A stretch of 63,481 nucleotides of DNA, counting the filler, from Reticulomyxa filosa (taxonomy: Eukaryota > Protista > Foraminifera), in the NCBI GenBank assembly GCA_000512085.1. It is 14 parts of 14 records of this genome, joined end to end, with 100 filler letters (N's around TTAATTAATTAA, not from the genome) between each part and the next. Parts side by side here need not be neighbours in the genome. Positions count along the whole stretch, not along the records: positions 21,426 to 38,621 come from ASPP01022609.1; positions 38,722 to 41,734 come from ASPP01020860.1; positions 41,835 to 43,340 come from ASPP01047124.1; positions 43,441 to 44,868 come from ASPP01011401.1; positions 44,969 to 51,164 come from ASPP01022981.1; 9 more parts are not named here. The stretch is one strand, 5' to 3'. A program made the translations under genes and the position numbers. The notes beneath the pieces were generated by a model. That model made no database searches, was not told the origin of the DNA, and saw nothing but the letters and a program-made list of their open reading frames with translations. Below are positions 37,037 to 49,082 of this stretch, one piece after another; positions within the stretch are counted from its first letter, which is position 1; every line of letters begins with the position of its first letter.

Positions 37037-38621
37037 ATGAGCGCATTTGTTTCTGGTGCTCGTGGGATAGTGTGGGTTATTGGTGAATGCAAAAGACATG
37101 CACATACATTATTAACAAATCCCTTTGGTCAATTTTTTTTGCTTGTGACAACGATGCATTATGTTCGATCGAAATGGTGAAGTTGACCTGAAATAGCTGT
37201 GTGTTTTTTGTTTGGAAAAAAAAAACAAAAAAAAAGAATTGGTTGAATGACCGGACAGGCATATTGTAAAAGAAAAATTGAACCGCATGAAGCATTTGAA
37301 AGCGGTGATATTATTGATATATGATTTGACAAAAACCCCTTCACCAATGTTGAGCAAGAAAAGGGGAAGTGATTAGGAGAAAGAAAAAAGGGATCTTTTC
37401 TTAGGGCAAAGGGGGGGGGGGAGGAGTGGAAGGAGAAAAAAAAAAATAGGCATGTGAACTCAATAGTATAATAACAACAATAACAACAATAACAATAAAA
37501 ATGATCCGAAAAAGATTGGAAGTGGCCAAACCAATAGCAGAATATGACGATCACTATTCGGAGAGAGGAACGAAAATAGCTTGCAAATGGGCAATGGCAA
37601 GTGCAAGTGAGTTGATAGGCAAACACTACAAAGACATAGAATCATTGCAAAATGAGTTGCAACGATTGAAACGACAAGGTACAACGACGAGGTTGGGATT
37701 GACATTGGAAGGTCGAAATCAAGACGAGAAAGAAGAGGAAGACAAGGGTGGTGAACAACAACAACAACAACAACAGCAAAAATATGAGTTGTGGATGAAG
37801 CTATGTATTCTTGGCAGCATACGTACAGTTCACTTGGCGTTTATGAGCTGCATGATCCATGTGCTATTGCATGTGGTGTTGTGTATCGTTTGCAGAAGAT
37901 CTCACTTCATTCATCTGCAACAACAACAGCAACAGCAATTACATGACACGGATTGCTCTCGAGACATCCATCCTCATTTACGTATCAACCAACTTATGAC
38001 TTCTCAAATACAAATGCTCTTCATGGTCGTCCAATCGTTTCATCGTTCTATCACAAGTTAGGTCTGATATGTTCTTTTTATTTTTTCCCATTTGATATAT
38101 ACATATATGCATATATACATATATATGTACATGTGCATATGCATCTGCGATAATAATAATAATAAGATGCGTTTGGACAATTGTTGCGCCATCGAATGCG
38201 ATATGATCTGTTGGAAATCGAGGAAAAAGACGATGAAGACGACAGGTCCAAAGATGGCAGTGGGTCCAAATACACGCTGGACTACACATTTGAGAGTTTG
38301 TACGAAGTGAACTCCACACTGTTCCAAGACCTCATTGACATTGCGACCATTTGCATCACGGAGGTGTTCCAAGAGCAATCGCGACGGGACGCCAAAGACA
38401 AAGACAAAGACAAAGATAGAGATAGAGATAAAGACAAGGGTAAAGGCGATGACAATGAGGACAACAGTGATTACGATAACGACTCTGTTGACACAATTGA
38501 AGAGGCAAATGGCAGCAATAGTAATGATGATGATAATGATAATGATAGTGATAATGATAATGATAATGATAATATAATGATAATGATAATAATAATGATG
38601 ATAACAAAGTCGAAGTGTCAA
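37037..38621 (+). CDS. PEX3: Peroxin-3-like protein, 5' exons uncertain, truncated
   Basis: KYELWMKLCILGSIRTVHLAF...LLHVVLCIVCRR matches the PEX3 core KxELWxxLKIxSxxR...LxxVQLxIxxR. Confidence 0.7.
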
Positions 38622-38744
38622 NNNNNNNNNNNNNNNNNNNNNNNNNNNNNNNNNNNNNNNNNNNNTTAATTAATTAANNNNNNNNNNNNNNNNNNNNNNN
38701 NNNNNNNNNNNNNNNNNNNNNAAAAAAAAAAAAAAAAAAAACAG

Positions 38745-40593
38745 ATGTGAAAAACGCATATCAAAACAAGAAGCCATTACCCAAAAAGAATTTACATTCA
38801 ACGAACGGAGTTAGTGTTAAATCTGAAGTTGTATTTGTCGGTGCTTTCAAATTCTGCAAACAAAAGGTGATGGAGTATTTCGAGCAAGAGGACATCACTG
38901 TGAGCGAAAATAAAATCCAAATGGGTAATAACTGTGCCAGCCATTTGGAGCGAGGAAGCCAAAGCAATGATGAAGCAATGGGCTCAAAAAGCTGGAATAT
39001 CGAGCCAGTCTGTTTCTAATCAATTACTTATCTTACTTGAACCTGAATGTGCAAGCATGCGTGTGATACTCGAAATGAAAGAGAAGCAACATGATGTGCA
39101 ATTCAATACAGGAGATTGTTACATGATGATGGATTTGGGAGCAGGGACTGCTGATACAGTGTGTCATGAAATTATTGGACCATTTGAAGTGAGAGAGATG
39201 ATTGCCTCATTTGGAGGGCCTTGGGGGAGTTCTTGCATTGATCGAGATGTGGAAACAGTCTTCAGACAAATGGTTGGAAAAGACGTAATGGATTTGTTTC
39301 AAACGACCTATCCTAAAGCCTATTTGCAATTGCTGGATAATATTGAACACAGTAAACAGCGATTTTTTCTTAACGAAAATATTAATGGCAATCATCGAAT
39401 TGAAATCCCACGCGAATTTGATAAGTTTATGCGGGAAAAAATCTCGGATACTTTGCAGGAATTAGTTTCTAATTTTAAATATCAAGGCATCTCTAAGTTG
39501 ATGTTTCTTTACTTATTGAAACGTCATATTACATACATATTGATTAAAAAATATAATCATAATAACAATAATAGGCATTTGTATGATGGTGCAGATTTGT
39601 CACTTTCTTGCAAATTATGGATGAAATTGTTTGATTTAAGAATTGATCCGATAATCGAACAAATGGATAAAATGTTAAAAAAAAATGAAAAGATATTGGG
39701 CAACAGATTAAAATATATTTGTTTGGTGGGTGGATTTAGTCAATCCCCTTATTTGCAATACAAGCTCAAACAACATTATGAGTCCAAATACACATTTGTA
39801 ATATCTAAAGACCCTCTTTTTTCAGTGGTGGAAGGAGCTGCTCAATTGGCAAGAATCCCTTCTTTCATCACTTTCAGAATTGTCAAATACACTTACGGAA
39901 CTGGCACCTGTTGGCGATTAGAAAAAGCCCGTCCGGCAGTCAGTCCAGAACATATTCAAAATCACAAATTCCTTCGTGATATTGACAATGAGGAGTATGT
40001 TGACGAATGTTTCAGATCATTTGTGAAAAAAGGTGAAAAAGTGCAAGTGGGACAAGTTTAATATTTGCAATACTTTTTTTTTTTTTTTTTTTTTTGGTTA
40101 TGTTTTTGACATCAAATGTTGATGTTGTACTTGTTTCATCATTTTACAGATGACTGAACGCAGTTTTACCAAACCAAGTAAAGATAAAGAAAATACGTAT
40201 GTTGCAATTTATCGTAGCGAGGAACATAATCCGAGTGTGACCACTAAGTGCAAATGTTTAGGAGTAATTGAAATTCCATTTCCAAAAGATTTTGATGATG
40301 TGAAGGATTGCTTTTATGTTCGTTTTTATTTTGGTGAAACCATGATTCGGGTGACAGTATGCATTAAAGGAAAAGAATATATTGAATATGAAAAAAAAAT
40401 TAACTTTGATGTTCAACCTCTGTATTGCAGTTTGTGTATATTATTTTTGCTTGTGCGCTTTCTTTTCCTCCAATTTTCTAATGTTTTTGCATTCATTAAG
40501 CAGTATTCTTCATTAAAACTTGGAATGTGTTTACTAATCAATACTTTAAAAAAAACATTTGAAATGTCGATGTGGATTGTAATCACGAATTAA
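38745..40593 (+). CDS. HSPA12-like atypical Hsp70, 5'-truncated
   Basis: QWVITVPAIWS (after a 1-nt shift at about 38920), LEPECAS, DLGAGTAD, GGPWGSSCID, LVGGFSQSPYL, KYTYG, FYFGETMI. Confidence 0.9.
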
Positions 40594-41056
40594 ATATATA
40601 TTTTTGTATGTGTTAATGACCGCCAAAATTGTGTTATACATTTGGCTCCGTTTCCAGTGTATTACCGATTTATAAAAACTATTAGTTCATTTTTTTAAAC
40701 AAGTTTAAATGATCTACGCACCTAAGAAAAAAAAGACATTTGATAGTTTCTGTTCTGCAACAATTTTAGAATTCAAAAAATTTGCTAATTAAATGCAACT
40801 AAAAAAAAATAAAATTTATGCACATACAATTTGAGTTTGTGTGGTTTAATGAATTATAACGATGCAAGAGTGTGTCTTGAGTCTTCTGCTTCTTCCAAGT
40901 TCATTTTATATTTAAAAACATATGAAAAGACAGTTACTAATCAGGTAGAGCTTTTTTGTTAAAAACTACTTTTTCTTTTTAAAAAAACGAAGTGGTGGAA
41001 AATCTTAAATGCGGTGTTCATTAACTCCAACCCAACAAACGTCGCTCTCTTACATC

Positions 41057-41560
41057 ATGCAACAATCGGAAGGTTAAAAAAAACTACGAGTTTAATCAAT
41101 TGAAAAATGAATTGTTTTCTGTTTTGACAAGACTGCAAACAAGCAAACGAAAACGCCGCCAAAAGCGGACAAGAACAAGAGAACGATTCAGAAATACCTC
41201 CAGGAACGCCAAGCTATCTAGTCGAGCGTTACAAGAGAAAGAAGAAGTTTATAGAGAGTTCTGGATCAAAAGCAGAATACACATTTGAAGAATTTCAGCA
41301 AAGTGTAATCGGAGGTAACGAGAAACAATCACCGCAAGACCTTTCCAAAGGAGAAAGGTTAAAACTGCACACAAATTGTAACTGTCAAACTGATGTCATT
41401 GGCATAAGCCCATCTACGGAGATTTCCAACATTCTGGAAACATTCTACCCCAATGACAAAAAAAGTATGTCGCAACGTCCACCAAACGAAGAAAAAATTA
41501 TCCTTTACAATGCAGTCTCAGCTCAGTCACGCCAACGCTTCTCTGGATCACCATTGGAAA
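41057..41560 (+). CDS. Spliced hypothetical protein, 5' part
   Basis: MQQSE|DCKQANE...VIGGNEK...|PSTEISN exons join in phase across GT-AG introns. Confidence 0.5.
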
Positions 41561-43440
41561 GGTTTTTTCATTTTTTTAAATTCTTATTGTACATCGCACT
41601 ATCAGAAAATTTCAGGAACAATACTAGTTTTCCTAAAGGGCTTTTTAAATTAAAATAACATTTTTTTTTTTTTTGCTGACTGTGCAAAAAAAAAAAAAAA
41701 GAGGTTAAAGAACACGTTCTAACAAATTTTTTTTNNNNNNNNNNNNNNNNNNNNNNNNNNNNNNNNNNNNNNNNNNNNTTAATTAATTAANNNNNNNNNN
41801 NNNNNNNNNNNNNNNNNNNNNNNNNNNNNNNNNNTCTAAAATCAAAACGACGGTATGTTGTTCGAGAAGCAGTAAAGTATCCATCATCTGCCTCATACTG
41901 TTGTTTCCTTCGCTTGTCAGATTTTGGGTCATGAAATGGTTGCGATTCCTTGTCATTTACAATGACCAAAACTCTGGAGTATTACCTTGTTTTTTTTAAG
42001 TTAAGCAAAAACGAACCATTTTATTTTTTGCACAAATTTGCATCTGTCTTTTTTTATTATCATTAAAATAAGTATCTAAAAATTATATAATATGAGATGT
42101 TTTGAGTGGTATACAGCTACCTCTTCCGAATTGTTGCATTTTTGAATAGATGTAATGCACTGTCGTGTACGTAATAAAATTCAAAAAACGCAAGTTATTA
42201 GTTTATTTTGTCAATCTATAAAAAGTTACAATAACAAATATGACTAACTTTGTCTCACTAAAAAATTTTTTAAGTGGTCACTTTTTTAAGATTCTCTTTA
42301 AAAAAACTAGTTCATAACATTGACACATGGTTAATCAAAATACAAATTCTTTTCAAAAAATGAAGAGCTTGCCATTTCTACTTCAACATGTTGTCGTAAT
42401 GAGTATAAAACTCAAAAAAAAATCAGCTTCAGAAACTTTTTGCGAAAAATTTAAAGATGATAAACATATCAGGTGTGCTGGAGAATTGGACATTGAATTA
42501 TCATTTTAAAAAAATTCACAAAGACTACAATTCACACAAAAGAAATTTTTGAGCAAAAATTGAGGCAAATGCAAATAAACACCTTGAGATCGATAATGCC
42601 ACCAACTTTGAACTTTACTTTGCTCTTGCTGGTACCGCAACTACTTCCAATTGCTCGACATACAAGTTTTGGGTTCTTTGGAAATCTATGTTATATATTT
42701 GTGTATTGATCATACATATTTCAAATATTTTCCATTCACAAAAAAAAACCATATAACTTGGAATATAGGTTGCGTACATCATCATGAAAATAATCAGCTC
42801 ACCACAACTTTTAAATTGTTCAATTTTCTTTCAATTCATCATGTTCCACACTACATTTGATATGGACCTTTTTTTTTAATAAAAAAAAATTATACGCCAT
42901 TCGAAGCGCAATATCATAATCCATATTCGATACACACCGTCATTAAAATCGATTTTTGTTCAATGATGAACAAAATGAATTTCATTGGAGAAATAACAGG
43001 CGCATGTGTTATAGTGTGGCTCCTTTCCATCAGCAGCAATTCGGCCATGATGTTGATACACTTCTTTTACACTCACGTACTGTAATAGCCATCAATACTG
43101 CTGCCACTATTGCTGTTGTTGCTGGGGACTCACTGCAACACTAGTGGCAATGTAAGTAGCAACAACATGTCCATCTGCGTTCCAAAACTTCATGTAGTGT
43201 ACCTCCATCTCCGTTTGTACACTTTGAAATATCTATTCAAAAATTTGAAGCAACACACATAAATATATATAATAAATATACGTATAATAGTTATTGGATG
43301 TGTACATAAAAAAAAATATATATGTACATATAAAAACTTTNNNNNNNNNNNNNNNNNNNNNNNNNNNNNNNNNNNNNNNNNNNNTTAATTAATTAANNNN
43401 NNNNNNNNNNNNNNNNNNNNNNNNNNNNNNNNNNNNNNNN

Positions 43441-43483
<43 letters not shown>

Positions 43484-44499
43484 CCAAATAATTCAATAAC
43501 ACACTCTTTTTTTTTCCTCCCTTCCCCTCCTCCCTTTCTTATTCGCTTACAATTCACCTCTTTTGGACGGGTTTTTTGCATATTCGTCCAGTGCGCTACA
43601 ACACACGGAAAAGACAGTCATATAGTTCGTTTCGTGCCATTTCTTGTGATCACTTGCCTCAAATTCCTCTTTTGTATGTGTGTATATGTATTAGTATGAA
43701 TGCTTTATGTTTTCGTTTTGGATTGCTTCTTTTCTTGCAGGTCGTGAATTGAAACAAACAAGTCTATTTGATTTTCAAACTTTGAATAGCAACTAAGGCC
43801 TTAAAACGCGTTTTGGCATCATATTTGTCATTCGAAAATTGATCAAATTTCTTATCTCTATTATTGAAAGGCCACATTTCCTTAAAGGGTTTATTTCTGA
43901 ATTTTTCATTATACACCCTTTGGGAAAGCATTGTCTTTGCACTTGGGGAAGGGAGAGAAAAGACGAAAAAACTTAATGAAAATAATTGTCCTAATCTTTC
44001 TTAAAACGTAACAAGGCTGACAAAGATGATGTTAAAAGATTCAAACCAGGTTTGGAAAATTGGTAAAAAGATGTATCCAAAACAACAATTGACGACCCCA
44101 AGTCGGTAAAAAACACAATCAACGGAAAGGGAACAAAGTGGCCTACGACGAATTGTAAAAGAGACAGTGAGGCTGGCCCATTTAAAATTAATATTTTAAG
44201 AAAAGAAAAAGGTTGAGAGTAGAGAAAGGAGAGAGGAAAAAAAAAAAAAAAAAGACCAAAAAAAAATAAATGAGAAAAACTTGTGCCCTTCCAATTGTAG
44301 GAGAAAAAAAATGAGAAACAAAACTTTAACATTTTTCTTAGATGGAGTGAAAAGACTATTAAAAAAAAGCTGGGAACTACACAACGTGTATTTACAGGTA
44401 GAAGAAGAAAGGGCAAGAGATGAAGAAGAAGAAGAGTATGGAAGGGGAGGGGAGCGGATGAAAGAAACAAAGCAAAAAAAAAATGTTGCGACTAAAAGC

Positions 44500-44837
44500 T
44501 TATGTTTTGGTGTCTTTGACATCATCCGAGACCGTGTCTTTGGCATCGAACCTCACCGATTTTTTCAAGTGATTGGGTGACTTGGACTTGGATTTGGAAT
44601 GGCTGTCTCTTTTTTCAGTCGGATATTGGTTGCGATGAGGACTACCGCCATTGTTGGTCTGACTTGCATTTTTGTCATTGGGATCATGAGTAGGATCCTT
44701 GTCAGTGGATTTGTCATCCGACACAAGTTCAACACGATGGGCATCATGGTCACCGCCATCATCGTCATCATCGCCACCGTGACTCGAATGTTGGCGATGG
44801 TGATCATGATGACGACGATGATGTTGCTGTTGTTGTC

Positions 44838-44868
<31 letters not shown>
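44500..44868 (-). CDS. Low-complexity C-terminal fragment of an unknown protein
   Basis: Open frame NNNGQQQQHHRRHH...DDDD...KKSVRFD...KT*. Confidence 0.45.
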
Positions 44869-45042
44869 NNNNNNNNNNNNNNNNNNNNNNNNNNNNNNNN
44901 NNNNNNNNNNNNTTAATTAATTAANNNNNNNNNNNNNNNNNNNNNNNNNNNNNNNNNNNNNNNNNNNNAAAAAAAAAAAAAAAAGTTCACCGATTCTTTT
45001 CCCCCTTTTTTTTTTTTTTTTTTTTGAAATGTTTGGAAATAG

Positions 45043-45555
45043 CTAAACACAGTGAGTGTAATTGAGTTGGCTCGCTCGTTTGTTCGCGTGGTTCGTTCTC
45101 GCAATAAAACGTCGAATCGACATTTGATTGCCGTAACCAGTAGCATGGCGGGCAAAATTGGAAGCCCTGGACAGCCGGCTTATACGGCCAGCAAACACGC
45201 GATTAATGGGTTTTTTGACAGTCTGCGCATTGAATTAGCTCGCGAAAATTTCCGCGTCTCTCTCATTTGTCCTGGTCCTACTCATGTTACCGATAACTCC
45301 ACCAAAGGGTTTGGAAACTCGGTCGAACAAGCCAGTGGCAGATTGCTGGATGACAAACGCAGCACATCAAAAATGACCACTCAACGCTGTGCCGAATTAT
45401 ATGCCACCACTTTGTATTTCAATTTATACGAGTCTTGGTTATGTCAATCACCTGTACTCACTTTTGGCTACTTGAGGCAGTATCTGCCCATGGCTTTTGT
45501 TCCTTTGTCGACCATACTTGGACAGAAACAACTCAAGGAATATGCCAGACAGTAA
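45043..45555 (+). CDS. Short-chain dehydrogenase (DHRS7-like), last exon
   Basis: TSSMAG, catalytic YxxSK (YTASKHA), GFFDSLRIEL, ICPGP, KMTTQRCA. Confidence 0.9.
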   Translation, partial: LNTVSVIELARSFVRVVRSRNKTSNRHLIAVTSSMAGKIGSPGQPAYTASKHAINGFFDSLRIELARENFRVSLICPGPTHVTDNSTKGFGNSVEQASGRLLDDKRSTSKMTTQRCAELYATTLYFNLYESWLCQSPVLTFGYLRQYLPMAFVPLSTILGQKQLKEYARQ

Positions 45556-45870
45556 ATACTAAAAGTACCATTAAATTGGCTTTCAATTTTGCATTTTTTT
45601 ATTTCTTATGCTCTCTTGGTTGATGGATCGTGCTATAGCACAGCACAAGCAAAAAAAAAATTACTCATTTTTCTTATGATAATTTTTTTAAAAAAATAAT
45701 GTCTCTTCTTTGCAATAAACATTTTCCTAAACAAATATCGTCAACTGTACTCAAACATTTTTTCACTTTTATGACAAGCAAGTTGTAGCGATGTACAAAG
45801 AGAAAAAAACAATGGGGTCCTTCCCTTGGACTGAAATTCTTTCAAAAGTTGTATAAAATTAAGCAGAATA

Positions 45871-46697
45871 ATGACAAATCCAAAAAGCTCCTTTAGCCGC
45901 GAAAGATACCTCAGAAAAACGTGCCTCCCAATTATCTCGAACGATAGACTTTACAATGGGATGGCCGTCAAGGGCAATGCATTTGAAGTCAAGCATATTG
46001 GCAAAGGCAATGGAAGCACATTTACACGAAGAAAATGAGGACGAGTATCATAATTCATTGGACTATGGACTGAACGAAGGTCCATGGAGCATGCGTTGTA
46101 CATTGGCAGAATGGTTAAATGGCATATGCAATACCGCGAATTACGGGGAGGAAAAGAAGAGTACTAACAATGAGAAGAAAGAGAAAGAAAAAGATGAAAA
46201 CAAAGATAAAGCAAAACCAAGAGTTTTAACGAGTATTCCAAGACTAACAGATGATGTGAGTACCGATCCATCGGCAGTAGGTTATCGAGGCGTGCACTTG
46301 TTTTTGACGGCGGGTGTGAGCGACGGACTACGTCTATGTTGTTCGACATTGCTGCACCCGAAAAAAGAGAAGGACATTGTGCTATGCGAAGACCCGACGT
46401 ATTTCATCAAGCCAAATATCATTCAGTCGTATCACGGACAAGTGTTGCCCATTGAGACGTCTCCGAAACATGGGTTGGATATTACGTATTTGCGCATGAT
46501 TTTGCAAAACTGTGCAAAGCATGACATGCTAAAGAGGATCGCATTTTTTTACGTCATTCCCTTTTTCCATAATCCCTTGGGAGTAAGTCTGTCGTTGGAA
46601 AAGTGTCAGCAGTTGATTCAATTGGCCCATGAATACGATATTTGGATTGTATCGGATGAAATTTATATGGCTTTGTATTTCCCTCGTGATGATGATG

Positions 46698-46728
<31 letters not shown>

Positions 46729-47530
46729 TAATAGCTATGAAAAAAATAATGACCATAATAATGACGACAGCAACACTGTGCATGGACATACTTGCAGTTT
46801 GTCCATTATTGAAAAACTCATGTATCCAGACTTGGACAGCGACAAATATCGCGTGCTGTCGTTAAGTGGTGTGAGCAAAATCATTGGTCCTGGATTTCGT
46901 TGCGGGTGGATTCATACGTTCAATGAACATTACTTGGATAATGTGCTGAGCAGCGATGGGGTCTTGATTAGCTCCGGCTGTCTCAGCAGCTTTGTGTTTT
47001 CTTTATTGCAACATGTATGGCTGTCCGATGATTGGTCCCTTCATTTGCGATACGTGCAAAGGCAACTCGCTCGCAATTGCAAACTGCTTTGTGCAGAATT
47101 GTTCAAATATAACACTCCGCAATTAACTCTGTTGAAGTGCTATTGCATTCCCTCAGGAGGGTATTTCTTGTGGGTTGAGTTACCACAGGGCATTACTTGT
47201 GACCAAGTCGAAAGTTTCATTCAGCAAAAACACACTCTTGTTAAAGTCTCTTTTTCTCATGGATGTAGTTCTTCCAGCTGTTTTTCTCCACTTGCCTCCA
47301 AAGTTTTGTTTCGAAATGATCTCATTTGGGATTGGTCCAAATACCAAACCATACATCACTTGCGCATGAAAAGATGTGTACGTTTGTGCTTTGGGTATTT
47401 AAATGAAAGCGACCTACAAGAAGGGGCCAAGATTTTTACTGACAGCGTCTTTGCTTTATATCAAGAAAATCTCAAACTCTTGGATTTTGAGCGGGACAAA
47501 AAAAATGGAGGGAACTCTTCTTTTCATTAA
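45871..47530 (+). CDS. PLP-dependent class I/II aminotransferase (MocR/Aro8-like)
   Basis: IDFTMGWP, TAGVS, EDPTYF, HNPLG, DEIY, SKIIGPGFRCGW, GGYFLW, VRLCF. The ATG at 45871 needs a 1-nt correction in the A5 run. Confidence 0.9.
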
Positions 47531-49082
47531 TTCCTTTTTTTTTGGCTCTTTCGCGTTTTGATTAATTTGGAAGGACACAAAAAATGTTTCTCAATTTGCA
47601 TACTGTTATTATGTTGTCCACGTTCCTTTTTGTTTTGTCCTCTATTATTTTTTATCTTCTTAGCAATTGTTGATGAACTACTTTCGAAGTGGAAATATAC
47701 AATGCATTATCCTTTATTTGTTCTATAGTTATCGTTTTTTAAAAAATTTGCCTTTTGATTGTAGTGGTGCTACTTCTCTCTTTGCAGAAGAATTTAGGAT
47801 ATTGGATTTCTGTGACAGTGAAATTCAAGGAATGTTGTAGTGCCAGTGACATGATGTTGAATGTCAACAGGCTTTTTCATTTTTGCAAAGTGATCCTCGT
47901 TTTTTTTTTTATAGAAGAATGTTATAGGACCCCGCCCCAAAGGGGCATAGCCCAACCATAAAAAAATTTGCTAATTCTCAAACGATCTGAACGCAGCGAG
48001 GAATTTGTTCCACCGATCACAAACAGCTCGCTTAAGGGAAAGTATAGTGAAATTTTTATCAACGTGCTACTATCTCAAAATCTCCAAAAAATTTTTAATA
48101 ACCAAAAAATTCCAAATTAAATTAAGTAAAAAAAAGACTTAATAACATCTTGGTGAATCTATAATCATTGATAAACTGGTTGTTCGAAATTTCTTCTTTT
48201 ATCGAATTTTTGATTTCTTAAAAGATCATGTCTTCTTTCCGAATGGTAAGGTGTTTGCTTGTTGTTAGGAAAGTACAAAAACATAACATAGTACTATGAT
48301 GTTGTCAATACTGTTCACCTTTTCTCAGACACCTAGCTTCTGAAGCTTTGCATGATAAGATGTGAAAATGATTTTTTTTTTCGTTTTTTATACTTGTTTA
48401 TTTGTCTTGTTATTTTGGATAAACGCGTAAAACAATTCTAGTAGATATTATTAAATAGCATACTTCTATTTTGATGATAACTATACTATCATAGCTTTAG
48501 CATCAACTTACTGCATTATCAGGACTACACTTCTTTCTCTTCATTTAAATTTAAGCACAAAATCTTTTTTGTTCTTTTTGTTTAAATAGCCAATTTGCCA
48601 AAATTGTACCAATTTTTTGAAGATTCATCTTTCAATTGTATATTCTACTGTCAGTAAAAACAATAATGTAATCTAATTGTAATGTTGCTGAATTTTAGTT
48701 TTATACAAAACTATTTATGAAAACGCAACACAATAAAAAACAATCTTTGTGACTGAGTTAGAAAAATATTGGCAATTGCAATAAGGAAGTGATGTTGTAT
48801 TTGGCATTTCATTTGAAATTACGTAACTTAATGTTTTGATTTGATTTTTTTAATTGAGTTTTGTTCTGTAAACCGAAAATTTGATGTTCTTTTCTGCTTG
48901 TCTGTTTCTATTTTCACAATTTAATTACATCAAAAGTGATGATAATTTAGTTGCACAAGATACTCCTTTGAAATTTGAAATCTCTTTGTCAAAGCTTATG
49001 CCTTTCTGCAGTGTAAAAGCAAAACTTTGAGCAGGGGCTTTCCCGATAGTGATTTGTATTTTTCCAGGTTTCGCTTCAAATA

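Noticed and set aside
47923-47965. Small GC hairpin GCCCC-AAA-GGGGC before an A-tract
   Set aside because: It is too short and isolated to support an ncRNA or element call.
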